Under the pieces are notes generated by a model that saw nothing but the letters and a program-made list of their open reading frames with translations, was not told where the DNA came from and did no database searches. From the NCBI GenBank assembly GCA_020137815.1, contig CM035356.1, positions 2,976,001 through 3,040,000 of the forward strand: 64,000 bases of DNA, written 5' to 3'. The position numbers were made by a program, and so were the translations under genes. Shown here in pieces: positions 47,956 to 60,439 of the stretch (within the stretch, counting starts at the first letter, position 1; each line of letters begins with the position of its first letter). Source of the stretch: Hormiphora californensis. Lineage: Eukaryota > Animalia > Ctenophora.

Positions 47956-50037
47956 TCAGTTTTTTTCAACCTCTACCCTTTTCGCAGTTATTTTTTGGGA
48001 AAATGAATAAATTTCCCCCCTTTTCCGCCCCCTCCTTTTCCCGACCACATAAAAGCGATGTTCCCCTTAATTATCTTCCCAATTTTTGTAGGTTTAAAAA
48101 CCAAAAGAAAGGGCCCCCCGGGGGCCAGAGACGAGAAGGGACGACAGGAGGGAAACATGTTTGTATTGCATTGGGGTTTTTTATCTAGAATTCATCGGTT
48201 TCCCCTTTTAATCAAATAAATCAGTACGGTCCCCTTTTTAAGTACGGGGTCAACAACTTTTAAAAAAGGGACTGATCACACCGTTTCGTTCTGGGGAGGG
48301 TTCGGTTTTAAACCAAACAACCAAAAATTTGGGACCCCGGGGTTTTAAAGTGCGAGAGAACCCCCGGGGAAAGAAAAACCAGAAGCGAGAGAATCAGAAG
48401 AGAGAATCAGGAGAGAGAATCAGGAGAGAGAATTAGGAGAGAGAACCAGAAGCGAGAGAACCAGGAGAGAGAATTAGGAGAAAGTGAAGGGTACACTGTG
48501 CCCAAAGTTCGCTCAGGGGGCAATTACATTGTGTGCTTTTTCAAGCAAATACCTTATGGCCCAGGGGACTTCCATTATAATAAGAGCGGGTTTTTAAAAT
48601 AAACTGCAATACCATCTGAACTTGAAGCAGGCCGCAGTGGCAGCAGGTCAGAGCTTTAATGCTCCGGATTTTTTAACATTCCTCCATCGAGAACTGTGTG
48701 TGATCGTAGTGTTGTGTTGCTTGACAAAGAGGCTTGTATTGCTTATAATTGTACTCCGATCTATCGACTGCCTATAATATCATAGTTGGTATTATTAGTA
48801 CCAATAAACTTAATAAGTTTGTTATAATTTTTATTCTTATTGCTATTCGTTTGAATTGTGGTGAATAAGAATTTCAAAGGGGGGGGGGGGGGTTTTGCAT
48901 GACGAAAAATCAGGATCTGGTGATACGGTGCAGTCGAGGGGGGGAGTATTTAGTTTGCATGCGGGAAATACATAACAACAACAACAACAACTGTCTGCAA
49001 ATATTTTCCAGCAAGTACGTGTGAAATGATTAGGAAGTTGGTGCATCCTGCTTGTTAACGTGTATAACTAACGTGCTAAATTGTATTAGATAATATCTAT
49101 CGTCATTCCAAAAACGATTACGAACTGATAATCTTTTTCTATTGACAAGTTATTACTGGTCCACCAGTTATAATTTCTCCACGGTACACGCAGTTTTAAA
49201 ATTTCGCTCTCCCTATTTTCTTTAGCTGCAGCTTGAGCTATAAACTAAAAGAGCTCATTATAGTCACTTGAATTATTTAATAGGAATCTATAATTGCTAC
49301 CATTGGTACTACCAAGTTTCAGTTTTGTAACTGATTACTGAGATCAGACATCACCCATTTTTATAGGGGAAGGGTGGGGACGGGTTGTTATGTTCCAACC
49401 CTCCTTTACATTTGTAAAAAGGGCGGAGCTCTCGAAAAGGGGGTCGAGCTAGGCAAGGGATGGGGTGAAATGATGTAATCTTTGTTTTTTCCAATATTTC
49501 TATATATACCTGGCCTTGAGGTACTGGGATGGAACTGGGATGATCTAATCATTGGAATATTATTAGGGCAAGGGGACTAGCAACTTATACCCACTATCTC
49601 TAATAGTTCATTTGATTTTGTCACACCATGACTTATTAGATATACTGCATATGATGAAATCATTGTTATCATAACATATTCAGCTACTTGAATTATAATT
49701 TATAACATAAGCAGCTGCCAAGAATGACAATTATAGCATGTATTGTAATTCAGTGAATTGTAATTCGGAATTTGACTGATCCCGATCCAGGAATACTATT
49801 CTCGGAATACTATTCTCTTCACCATAATATGCAATGTGATATAATTCTCAGCTCCCATTGTTTGCCAAATAGATCCACAATTAAGTTTTGTACGGTCAAA
49901 ATTATATGCCACTAACATTATAACATTATATATATATACCATATATATATATATAATGTTATATATATATATAATGTTATATATATACCATAAATATTCC
50001 CAAATAACAACATTTTCTATTCTCTGCAATTTTTTAG

Positions 50038-50258
50038 TTTCCTCGCCTAAATGGAGCTTATTTTCGCCATCGCCTCCAAGATCGACAGCCCGACGGGTAA
50101 AAGTGCCAAGAAGCTTCAGCTGCATGTCACTGAGAATAACAGGAGACGTAATGAGGAGGATGGGGGCCCCTCTACTGGACCCTGCAGTAGTGGTTGTCGT
50201 GATGATGCGGCAGACCCCCTGGCTGATACCCATGTGGTATGGTACCCTAAACCTTTTG
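50038..50258. other. Exon-like coding fragment, strand unresolved
   Basis: GC-richer island, open in frames on both strands and bounded on plus by tttttag and gtaaga; no recognisable domain. Confidence 0.3.
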
Positions 50259-50659
50259 GTAAGACTTGTCAATTATGTATTGTGTCTAGCTGAATAAATT
50301 TCCCGATAAGATATTACCAATATTTGCCCATAATCCTAATATAATTAGGATTATGAGCAAGGTGCAAAATTTTCCCACGCGGGGAGCAAGAAGATATACC
50401 ATCTCACTAGGTATTTTGTAACTCCCAATTCAGACAGTAAATCATTACCATATATCAGTAATCATCTGTCAGAGCATTGGCCTGATCTCAATTCATCTTA
50501 TTCGCTCGAGAACTGTGGTCAGAGCATTGGCCTGACAAGTAATCATTACAATGCCGACCATTTGCATTATTCATTAACACGAAATATAAAATCTTCGTGC
50601 CCATCCTTGAGCAGTAATAAGGTGCGGTTCATCCTGGGATAGCTATACAAGCCTTGCAT

Positions 50660-51315
50660 GATCAGCATATCATATGGGTCTTGTGATCAGTATATCATAT
50701 GGGTCTTGTGATCAGCATATCATATGGGTCTTGTGATCAGTATATCATATGGGTCTTGTGATCAGTATTATATGATATGGGTCTTGTGATCAGTATTATA
50801 TGATATGGGTCTTGTGATCAGTAAAGTCGGATTTTTTGAAACTGTCACCCCCCTGAGTTTTCAAATTTCTTTAAATGACCATAAGTCCGGTTCCTGATGA
50901 GATAGAGACTTAAAATTTGGAGGTTATAAAGATCTTGCTAAGTTCTTCCGAACCTCCAAATTTCAAGTCTCTATCTTATAACCGGAGATATGACAAATTT
51001 GTTATTTCAGGGGGGTGACAGTTTCAAAAAATCAGACTTTATATGATATGGGTCTTGTGATCAGTATGGATCTTGTGATCAGTATATCATATGGGTCTTG
51101 TGATCAGTAAGACTGATCACAAGATCAGGGGGGTGACAGTTTCAAAAAATCAGACTTTATATGATATGGGTCTTGTGACAAATTTGTTATTTCAGGGGGG
51201 TGACAGTTTCAAAAAATCAGACTTTATATGATATGGGTCTTGTGATCAGTATATCACATGGGTCTTGTGATCAGTATATCACATGGGTCTTGTGATCAGT
51301 ATATCACATGGGTCA
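50660..51315. repeat. 25-bp minisatellite containing a MITE and duplicated MITE ends
   Basis: Unit GATCAGTATATCATATGGGTCTTGT. MITE at 50824-51039 (TA TSD, TIR AAGTCGGATTTTTTGAAACTGTCACCCCCCTGA); its right TIR is repeated at ~51125 and ~51192. Confidence 0.85.
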
Positions 51316-52354
51316 ATTGTCCGTGCGATCCATATTATATGATAGCTATCACAAGACCCATATTAGTTATCAATATCATAAAGGTCAAAAGCAAAATTCA
51401 CGTGATTCCTGATCTAACCAAACAGAGAGAATTAAATAAATAAATACAGAATGATATGCAGTTCATTTATACTATAAATAACTGAATATGAAAGTGAAGA
51501 TAGAGAGATACCAAATGAAGATGTTATGTTTCATATTAATCTGGAGCCAGCTTATATTGAACTGCATATCATTCTGCATTTGTTTATTTCAGTTTGCTAA
51601 GAATTTCTGAGCTCCTCATGAGCATTATATGAGTATTGATGTAAACAAACACGCTTGAAAATACTTGAGTATACTATGTACTTGAGCATAATTAAAATAA
51701 CATATGATATTCTGTAACAATTCTTGTTGAGTGTTTCTGTCTTGAGCCAAAAATTACCTTGTTACCGTACTAGATCACCTAAAACAGAGAAAAAGAAAGA
51801 CAAGCAAGAGATATACATAATAGGAAACCTTTAAAAAAGGGTTTTTTCTAAAAGTATTCATTTCAAAAATTTTCCCTTTTCCCTCCCCAATTCTATTTCT
51901 GTTTTTTGACCAAAAAACTTATTTGGAGTATGTCAGATTAAAATCCAAGAAAATAAAAGTTTCACTAATGGTGCTTACACATGTGATTTTTAAAAGTGTT
52001 TTTCCCGTGGGGCCCCCCTCCTTTTGGGTCAGTAGCTTGACATGGACTTGTTATAGTTCATCAAACATAGGCATTGGGGTTTGGGGGGGGGGGGGGGGGG
52101 GCAATTTTTTAGGAGGGGACGAGGGGGGAGGGGGGGGTCGATGATTTTAATTGTTCAAGTTGGCAATACCATGTTTTTTGCGTTGTTAGTTGCTATAGTT
52201 CACCACTTTCAATGTTTATAAATCCCAATATTATTATTTTACTCAACGAGCTTTAATTCTGTGGCAGATAATGACCCTCGTCTCTTCCATTCTCGATGAC
52301 GGTATCCTTTACTCCGCTGCCGCGGCTGCTACAGTCTTCGTATGAGTTTTGGAA

Positions 52355-52745
52355 AACCATGGTAACTTAATGTAGTGGTATATGGGTAATTGGTTCAGGA
52401 GTTTGATCTCTGGAAATCTCCATGGTAACTATAATGTGGTTAGTGGTTACTAATGTGGTTACTAATTTGGTTACCATGGTATGTTGTATCTCTAGAAATC
52501 TCCATGGTAACTATAATGTGGTTAGTGGTTTCCTATGGGGTACTAATGTGGTGCCATGGTATGTTTATTCAGAAATTCCATGGTAACTATAGGTGGTTAG
52601 TGGTACTGGTATTATGGTTGGGTTACTAATGTGCGTTGACCATGGTATGGTTTGTATCGGTTTTATTCTAGAAATATCCATGGTAACTATAGTGGAGGGG
52701 TTATTAGGTATTATTGTGGTAACTAATGCGGTTACTAATGTGGTA
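52355..52745. repeat. Degenerate tandem repeat (GAAATCTCCATGGTAACTATAATGTGGTTAGTGG...)
   Basis: About five diverged copies of a CCATGGTAACT core. Confidence 0.7.
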
Positions 52746-54576
52746 ATAAGGGGGAAAACCACGTGGGTTTCAAGGGTTTATTTTTGAAAAGAATTTAAAT
52801 TTGGAGGGGAAAAGCGGGGAGCACAAAAACCCGACCCCCGCGCGGCAAGGGGGGGGAGGGGCCCCCCCCCAAAGGGGAAGGGGAAAACCAGGGGGAGGGG
52901 GGGCGGGAGAGGGGGGGGGTGGGGGGACGGAGAGAGGGAGGAGAGAGCGACGAGAGGGGTAAAGAGTGGGGGAAAGGAGGGGGGTGGGGGGGGAAAAAGG
53001 GAGAAAATTTCCCGAATAGGGGGGGTTTTTTTAAAAAATTTTCTTCCTTTCCTCTCTCCCTCTCTTTTTCCTCTCTTCTAACGGCGAACGAGGGCCATTT
53101 TTGTAAGAAAAAGAAAGACCCAGCGACAGCTTGCGAGAGAGAATGAGGGGGAGCAGGAGAAAGGGATATCGCCTAGGGGAAAAAAGATGAATGTGAGTAG
53201 AAAGGGAGAAAGAAAGAAGAGAGAGAGAGAGAGAGAAAGAGAGAAAGAAGAGAAAGAGAGAAAGACGGAGTTGAGACAGCTGTAGATTAAAATGAAATGC
53301 ACTGACAGAATAAAAGGAGACAAGCTCACTCAAAGAGAATAAACTGCTTTTAAATATCTCATAAATTACCCTTCATTCAATTTCGTTTTGTCACTTTACT
53401 CTATGACTCCCAAGCTATTTCTCTACTAGAGATATCTAAGATATAACGCGTGTGGAAGTATCGTGATCCAAGACACAGCTTCATTTAAAGCAGTTGTCCA
53501 ATTTTGGGTAACCCCAATTTAGATCATAGTCGTGTACGTCGCATCGCTTCATTTTCTCTTTCGTCTTTTCTTGCTGCGGTAAATTATAACACACCGTCTC
53601 CTCCTTCTGCGCCTTGAGATCAAGGTAATTTCACTGTACATGTGTGTGTGCAGTTGACACACGAGCGCATACACGTTGCGTACGGTCGTAGAAAGAAGAG
53701 GGATTGTGTGAGAGAGAGAGTGGGAGAGAGAGGGAGAGAAAGTCAGAATGCAAATGATCCAGGCTAAGTGGAACACTCTTCTTTTCATTGTTCCCTCTTT
53801 GACTCTCTCTCTCTATTTCGCTGACTCTCTCACTCTGACTCTCTCACTCTGACTCTCTCTTTAACTTGGATAAAGACTGACCTAAGGTCAGTCTAGAAGA
53901 GAGAGAGGGAGAGGGAGATCAGAGAGATATAAAGATAGAAAAAGGAGATATCGCTCTGGTGCCACCGTTCCTTGCCTGGTTCTTTCCGTTGTTACAGCAG
54001 CCCATCATCAACAATCTGAATTACTCAGCTCTTCTTTCTCTCATATCCTCCTTTGGTTTCCCCTCCTCTGCTGCAGGATCATTATACATATCTTGTTTTG
54101 GGATCTTCATATTGAGCCATGGATAGTTCTTCTAGTGCGGTAGCAGCCCCTTCAGGTACGGTAACAAGGTTGCTGAATATGGGTAGCTTTTTGATCCGTA
54201 CAGACAAGTTGGATGTACAGTCGGAGCCCGATTTACCGGGGGATGCTCCGGGGCTGTCTGCAGGCGCCGCGACCCCATCTGAGCGGACTGTTAAATGGGG
54301 CCTGGCGCTGCCAGACAGCTCGGAGGAAGGATTTTGGTTGGGAAAGACCCGTTGCTGAGATGGTTTCCCCATTTGCAGTAGTAATACCAGCAATACTACT
54401 AATACTGTCCGGTATAGGGCAGGATCTGCTGACTATCTTTCTCTCCTTCTCTCTCCCTCCATCTCTCCCCTCTCTCCCTCCATCTCTCTCTCCCTCTCTT
54501 CTTTGAATTGTAATCCAGTGATCTGTGCGTGTAATAGCTGATCATCGGGCATTGTTGAAGCTTGGGATCCCTGGAT

Positions 54577-54612
<36 letters not shown>

Positions 54613-55415
54613 ACTGGAGGAGAGTCAATATTGCGTGAGATATCTGCAGTACAGTAGGGAGATACAGATATAGATCTCAAGAGATGCAGAGATCTTAGTT
54701 TGAGAGTTCTGTAATCACTCGTCGTCATTTGTGTACTGTGTAGTACGATTCAGGTACGGTAAATTTTGAGAGGGAGAGAAAAGGCGAAAGGAAGAGAGAG
54801 AGAGAAAGCCCTCTGATCTCCTGTAAAACCTCAAGCGCCTGCTTTTGACGTGCAAAGAAATATTTTTAACACCATCGCATCTTAATTTTTTGTCTCTCAC
54901 TCTCTCTCTCTCTCTCCCTCTCTCTCTCTCTCACTCTCTCTCTCTGACTCTCTCCCTCTAGTCTCTCTCTCTCTCTCTCTCTCTTTGACTCTCTCTCTCT
55001 CTCTCTGACTCTCTCCCTCCCCATGTATAATACCTCTCCACGGTCTTCTTCGCTGTTAATCTGTTTTCTCTCCCAGAACTCTCATCTTTCTCGCAAGTCT
55101 TCTTCTCCTTCTTTGGCATCTCTTGTCGAATAGCCAACAATAGTTACGAGAGAGAGAGAGGGAGAGAAACATCTTTTATTTCCTGATCTATTATATTTGT
55201 GTGTGATCATCTCATTTCAAATGGTAATCCTCACGAGAAAAATTACAACAACAAACAAGCGCTAACAACAATTTCGATCAATCAATATATAATCATTTCT
55301 CTCTCGCTCTGCGTTGAATTGGAGCTCACCCAGCAGCTCCCATGTGAGCTGGTAGAAACACCCCGGCACTATGTATTGTTTCCTATCTCCCGCAGCAAAA
55401 CACGGTGCACACAAG

Positions 55416-57303
55416 ATGAGCAGCTCCAGCTCCTCCAGCTCTCCCGGGACTCAGGGTGTGCCAGTTCTTACCGGACCCGGCAACGTCAGATACCTTCCTG
55501 TAAGTGTACTATTTTGTGATTCATATATTCACAGTTCTTACATTTGGTATTTATAACTTCACACTACTTACATTCGATAGCAACAACTTCACAGTTCTTA
55601 CATTTGATAGCTAAAACTTCACACTACTTACATTTGAATATACAACTTCACAGTTCTTACATTTGGTAGCTAAAACTTCACAGTTCTTACATTTGGTAGC
55701 TAAAACTTCACAGTTCTTACATTTAAAGATAGGGTAACCAGTAACCACACACCAAAGTTAAAATTAAAATTAAAATTTTGATTTTAAACCCGCGGCCGTT
55801 AAAATTTCTCTCCCCATTCTAAAAGTAACAATCTCACGCACGATTTTGACGGTCGCGTTGGATGACAACATTTAAAACGCCGTCTAAATCGCGCGCGAAA
55901 TTGTTACTTTTAGAATGGGGGAGAGAAATTTTAACGGCCGCTGGTGTGTGCGGATTTAAAATCAAAATTTTAATTTTAATTTTAACTTTGGTATGTGGTA
56001 ACCCATACAACTCGACAGTTCTTACATTTAAAGATACAACTCGACAGTTCTTACATTTGATAGCTAAAACTTCACAGTTCTAACATTTGAAGAAACAATT
56101 TCACAGTTCTTACATTAGGTAGCTAGAAACTCACAATTTAAAACCCCTAATAGGCGGAGGTTTCTATCAACACGAAGCAGGGCAGTAACGTGTTCCTGAA
56201 AAGATCCGTCGACCTCAACAAGCCCCAGGGACACGCAACAAACATCAATATAGGTTTGTGGAGATTAGGCCTAATTAGGTTGCAAATTTAAAAAAGATAA
56301 AGATTAACTCCTTATTAAAGAATAAAGATGAATCCTATCTCAAGTGAATCTAAATCTTCCAGGTTCGTTTAATGGGAACATGCACCGGTCAGCACATCTC
56401 TCAAAAGACAACTACGAACGAGAGTGGAACAAAACGTTAGTCAACCCCCGTACAGTTAATCTAGCATACCCCTACTCCTTCCACCGTAGTACCCCAGCAT
56501 CCCCTTACTTTACCCCTTCCACCGTACTACCCCAGCTTCCCCTTACTTTACCCCGTCCACCGTACTACCCCAGCTTCCCCTTACTTTACCCCGTCCACCG
56601 TACTACCCCAGCTTCCCCTTACTTTACCCCTTCCACCGTACTACCCCAGCTTCCCCTTACTTTACCCCGTCCACCGTACTACCCCAGCTTCCCCTTACTT
56701 TACCCCGTCCACCGTACTACCCCAGCTTCCCCTTACTTTACCCCGTCCACCGTACTACCCCAGCTTCCCCTTACTTTACCCCTTCCACCGTACTACCCCA
56801 GCATCCCCTTACTTTACCCCTTCCACCGTACTACCCCAGCTTCCCCTTACTTTACCCCGTCCACCGTACTACCCCAGCTTCCCCTTACTTTACCCCGTCC
56901 ACCGTACTACCCCAGCTTCCCCTTACTTTACCCCTTCCACCGTACTACCCCAGCTTCCCCTTACTTTACCCCGTCCACCGTACTACCCCAGCTTCCCCTT
57001 ACTTTACCCCGTCCACCATACTACCCCAGCTTCCCCTTACTTTACCCCTTCCACCGTACTACCCCATCTTTCTCTTACTTTACCCCGTCCACCGTACTAC
57101 CCCTGCTTCCTCTTGATTTACCCCTTCCGGTCTTCCCCGGCCCCTTTAATCCCCCTCCTCACCTTATCCCCGTGGCGTCTGATTTTATGACCACCTCTGA
57201 CCACCTCATCAATATTTTCAGGACCCTGAATAAGAGAACGAACGTTAGCCGAGCAGACCAGTATGAGATGGACAAGAGGTGTAATAAGCAACTTCGATAC
57301 TAA
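55416..57303 (+). CDS. Hypothetical protein, 4 exons, ~112 aa
   Basis: Exons 55416-55499, 56154-56253, 56363-56435 and 57222-57303; all GT-AG with matching phases 0/1/2. Product MSSSSSSSSPGTQGVPVLTGPGNVRYLPAEVSINTK...KRCNKQLRY. An upstream exon is possible. Confidence 0.7.
55525..56130. repeat. 30-bp intronic minisatellite
   Basis: Unit AACTTCACAGTTCTTACATTTGGTAGCTAA, interrupted by a MITE. Confidence 0.9.
55732..56004. mobile_element. Foldback MITE (273 bp) with a 3-bp TSD, PIF/Harbinger-like
   Basis: ATA|GGGTAACC...GGTAACCC|ATA with ~120-bp arms. The empty site TTAAAGATACAAC is visible in the next repeat unit. Confidence 0.85.
56470..57128. repeat. 38-bp intronic minisatellite (~17 units)
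   Basis: Unit CCCC(G/T)TCCACCGTACTACCCCAGCTTCCCCTTACTTTA. Confidence 0.95.
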
Positions 57304-58342
57304 AGAGCGCAAATTTTCAGTAAAAACACAGGGCGTGGGGAAGTGGAAGTGGTTCACTATATCATGATATGTTGATTAGTGGGGACATTTCAATTTGGAG
57401 TCACAGGAAATTATGAACTCCAATACCTATTTGCCTATTAAATTTTGCTGATCGAACGTGTGCTCGAGCGCTGTTTAGTTGTTTGTGACTCGTTACACTA
57501 TTTGCTATTCCAGGGCTGTGCTCTTTTATGTTCTACATATCACTGATCACTGTTCTACATATCACTGATCTTGTGGCTAACGAACACATGTTGCTGTGAC
57601 CTACATAATTTGATCTCAACTCAGAAGAGTTCGAGTCAATAAATTTGCTGGTATCAATCTGCATTAAAATATGAAGGGAGAATTTGAATCCTATTTTTAG
57701 CGTTTAATTTCAAAAATTTTATCACCATTATTTTGGTTTCAGAGTAAGATTAAAAACAATTAAAAATATGCGGAGCTGTGTTTTGAATAATAATGAAATC
57801 TGATTAATTTGTTTGAAGAGACGAGGGAAGTTGAAACTGGATACAAGAGCGGGAGATTTTTGAAGGGCTTATTAACATTTGAACTAAAAATCTTCGGACC
57901 TTTTTTGGTTAAATTGTCATTTATCTTGTCCGTTATATGCTAACTTGTTTTCAATATTAGCTGTATAAGTGTTTTCAGTGTTTGGTTCTTATTTTTGCTT
58001 TTTTTTGCTTTTCTCAAATCGTGTGCGAGTAATCTGTGTTTGATCTTGGGGCACCTGGATTTATGTTATGAAATTCAGAGGACTGTTTCAAAACATTTGT
58101 ATGCACATGATGGGAGTTTAAAATATCTCTATCTCTCGTGATTCAGCTACTTTCAAAAGCCGCCAAGTAATGCTTAACAATACATATAATGTGCAATATG
58201 CATGTGTTGAGATTACGTATTTATCTAAACGAAGGAAACCGGAAATTAAAAAACGTGAAGAACGATGAAAGGATATAATGGAAAAGCTCTCTGCTGACAT
58301 CATATTATGTCACAGTTGGACAAAATTCTTTTTTTTAATACG

Positions 58343-58576
<234 letters not shown>

Positions 58577-58715
58577 TATCAGTGAGAATTTTTGATTCCT
58601 GAACCACCATGTACCTTGTATTTTTACCTCATCATAAATCGTAAACAGCTTATCTTGCGTTTTGTAACAAAAATCCGTGTATTTCACTTTTTCGAACAAC
58701 AAAAATCAACTCATC

Positions 58716-60144
58716 CACGGCGTGCCCCAAAGTAGTTTAACATTTGTTTGAGTGACCACCTCCAATTCCGGTTGTAACTGGTCGGGAAGACCTCCCTGAA
58801 GGTCGTGGCGGAGCGGGAATAATCATGTAGACCCGCTGCAGCTTCAGAAAATTGAGAAAAAGATAGCTATCTTTTTTTTTCACTTTGAAAATAAGAAATT
58901 TTCACATATACCGCCTTGTTCTACAAGATGTGGTTGTCCCCGACCTATTTCTGCACGTAGAATCGAATGCCGCTGGATTCAAATCTTTAAAATGAAGGCA
59001 AAATGGAGAAAATCGCATTTTTAGGTGTTTTTTGGTGAAAAAAAAACGTCCAAACTGGTACTGGTTGATAAAATAGGCTCCCAAAAATATCACAAATTGA
59101 GTTTTTGGGTCCTTTTCGCCCTAGAAGCAGAGTTTGATGAAAATCCAGTAAAACGCCTATTCTCCGCTTACTTTCAAAGAAAGTGAATATTGCTCTAATT
59201 TAGCCAATTTTGAAGAAAAGCCGTCCAAAACGAAGCTAGCTGACAGGATAGAGTCCCAATAACTTAAAAAAATGTCATTTTTAGGCCTTTTCTAGAAACA
59301 AATTTGCTTGGCGATAAGCCATCTCGGTAGACCTCTGAAGTAGGTGGAAATAGCCATGATATAGCGATTGTGGCAAATGAATGTGAATAAACGCTTACCA
59401 AACATACTTTAGCATAATGTATGTCCTATCTCTGAAACTGTGAAGTTGAAGAGTGGCTCTTGCATAGTCCAGTAGTCCAGAGATAGGCCACAATCGCTAT
59501 ATCATGGCTATTTCCACTTACTTCAGAGGTCTACCGAGATGGGTTATCGCCAAGCAAATTTGTTTCTAGGGTAGAAAAGGCCTAAAATGACATTTTTTAA
59601 ATTATTGCGACTCTATCCTGTCAGCCAGCATCGTTTTGGACGGCTTTTCTTCAAAATTGGCTAAATTAGAGCAATATTCACTTTCTTTGAAAGTAAGCGG
59701 AGAATAGGCGTTTTACTGGATTTTCATCAAACTCTGCTTCTAAGGCGAAAAGGACCCAAAAATTCGATTTGTGATATTTTTGGGACCCTATTTTATCAAC
59801 CAGTACCAGTTTGGACGTTTTTTCACCAAAAAACACCTAAAAATGCGATTTTCTCCATTTTGCCTACATTTTAAAGATTTGACTCCAGTGGCATTCGATT
59901 CTACGTGCAGACATAGGTCGGGGACAACCACATCTTGTAGAACAAGGCGGTATCTGTGAAAATTTCTTATTTTCAAAGTGAAAAAAAAGATAGCTATCTT
60001 TTCCTCAATTTTCTGAAGCCGCAGCGGGTCTACATGATTATTCCCGCTCCGCCACGACCTTCAGGGAGGTCTTCCCGACCAGTTACAACCGGATTTGGAG
60101 GTGGTCACTCAAACAAATGTTAAACTACTCTGGGGCACGCCGTG
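58716..60144. mobile_element. Non-autonomous Chapaev-like (CMC) foldback DNA transposon
   Basis: CACGG...CCGTG termini; 4-bp TSD CATC (58712-15 and 60145-48); ~660-bp arms (58716-59374 and 59487-60144) around a 112-bp spacer. Confidence 0.85.
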
Positions 60145-60439
60145 CATCGTAATCATATGTTCTCAAAAGAGATGATATTTTCATCACTCCGTTAGATATC
60201 TATTCATGTCATAGATGATCGAGTCTACCCAATCACACAAATATACCCAATCCGATATACTGTCCAGACCGCACTTTAAACATCTGACCTCTCGCTAAAC
60301 CGGCTATTATAAATATAGTTGTAACAGCTTATAACCAAACACCTTCAAAATGTCACTCAAACTGTTCTGAACAACTCTCCAGCAGCAGTATAGCTTCTTA
60401 TTCAATGAAAGAGAGAGTGATCTGATCGAGGGGCGCCCT

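Noticed and set aside
46262-48188. 400-580 aa Phe/Pro or Lys/Gly ORFs
   Set aside because: A polypyrimidine tract cannot contain stops; likely homopolymer-inflated assembly.
50890-50920. CTGATGA as a second hammerhead core
   Set aside because: No stem II plus GAAA follows; it is part of a MITE arm.
54082-55140. Chain of minus-strand ORFs as one gene
   Set aside because: They could not be joined by consistent splice sites and show no recognisable domain; left uncalled.
56344-57303. 319-aa Pro-rich ORF
   Set aside because: Read-through of a stop-free 38-bp intronic minisatellite linking two real exons.
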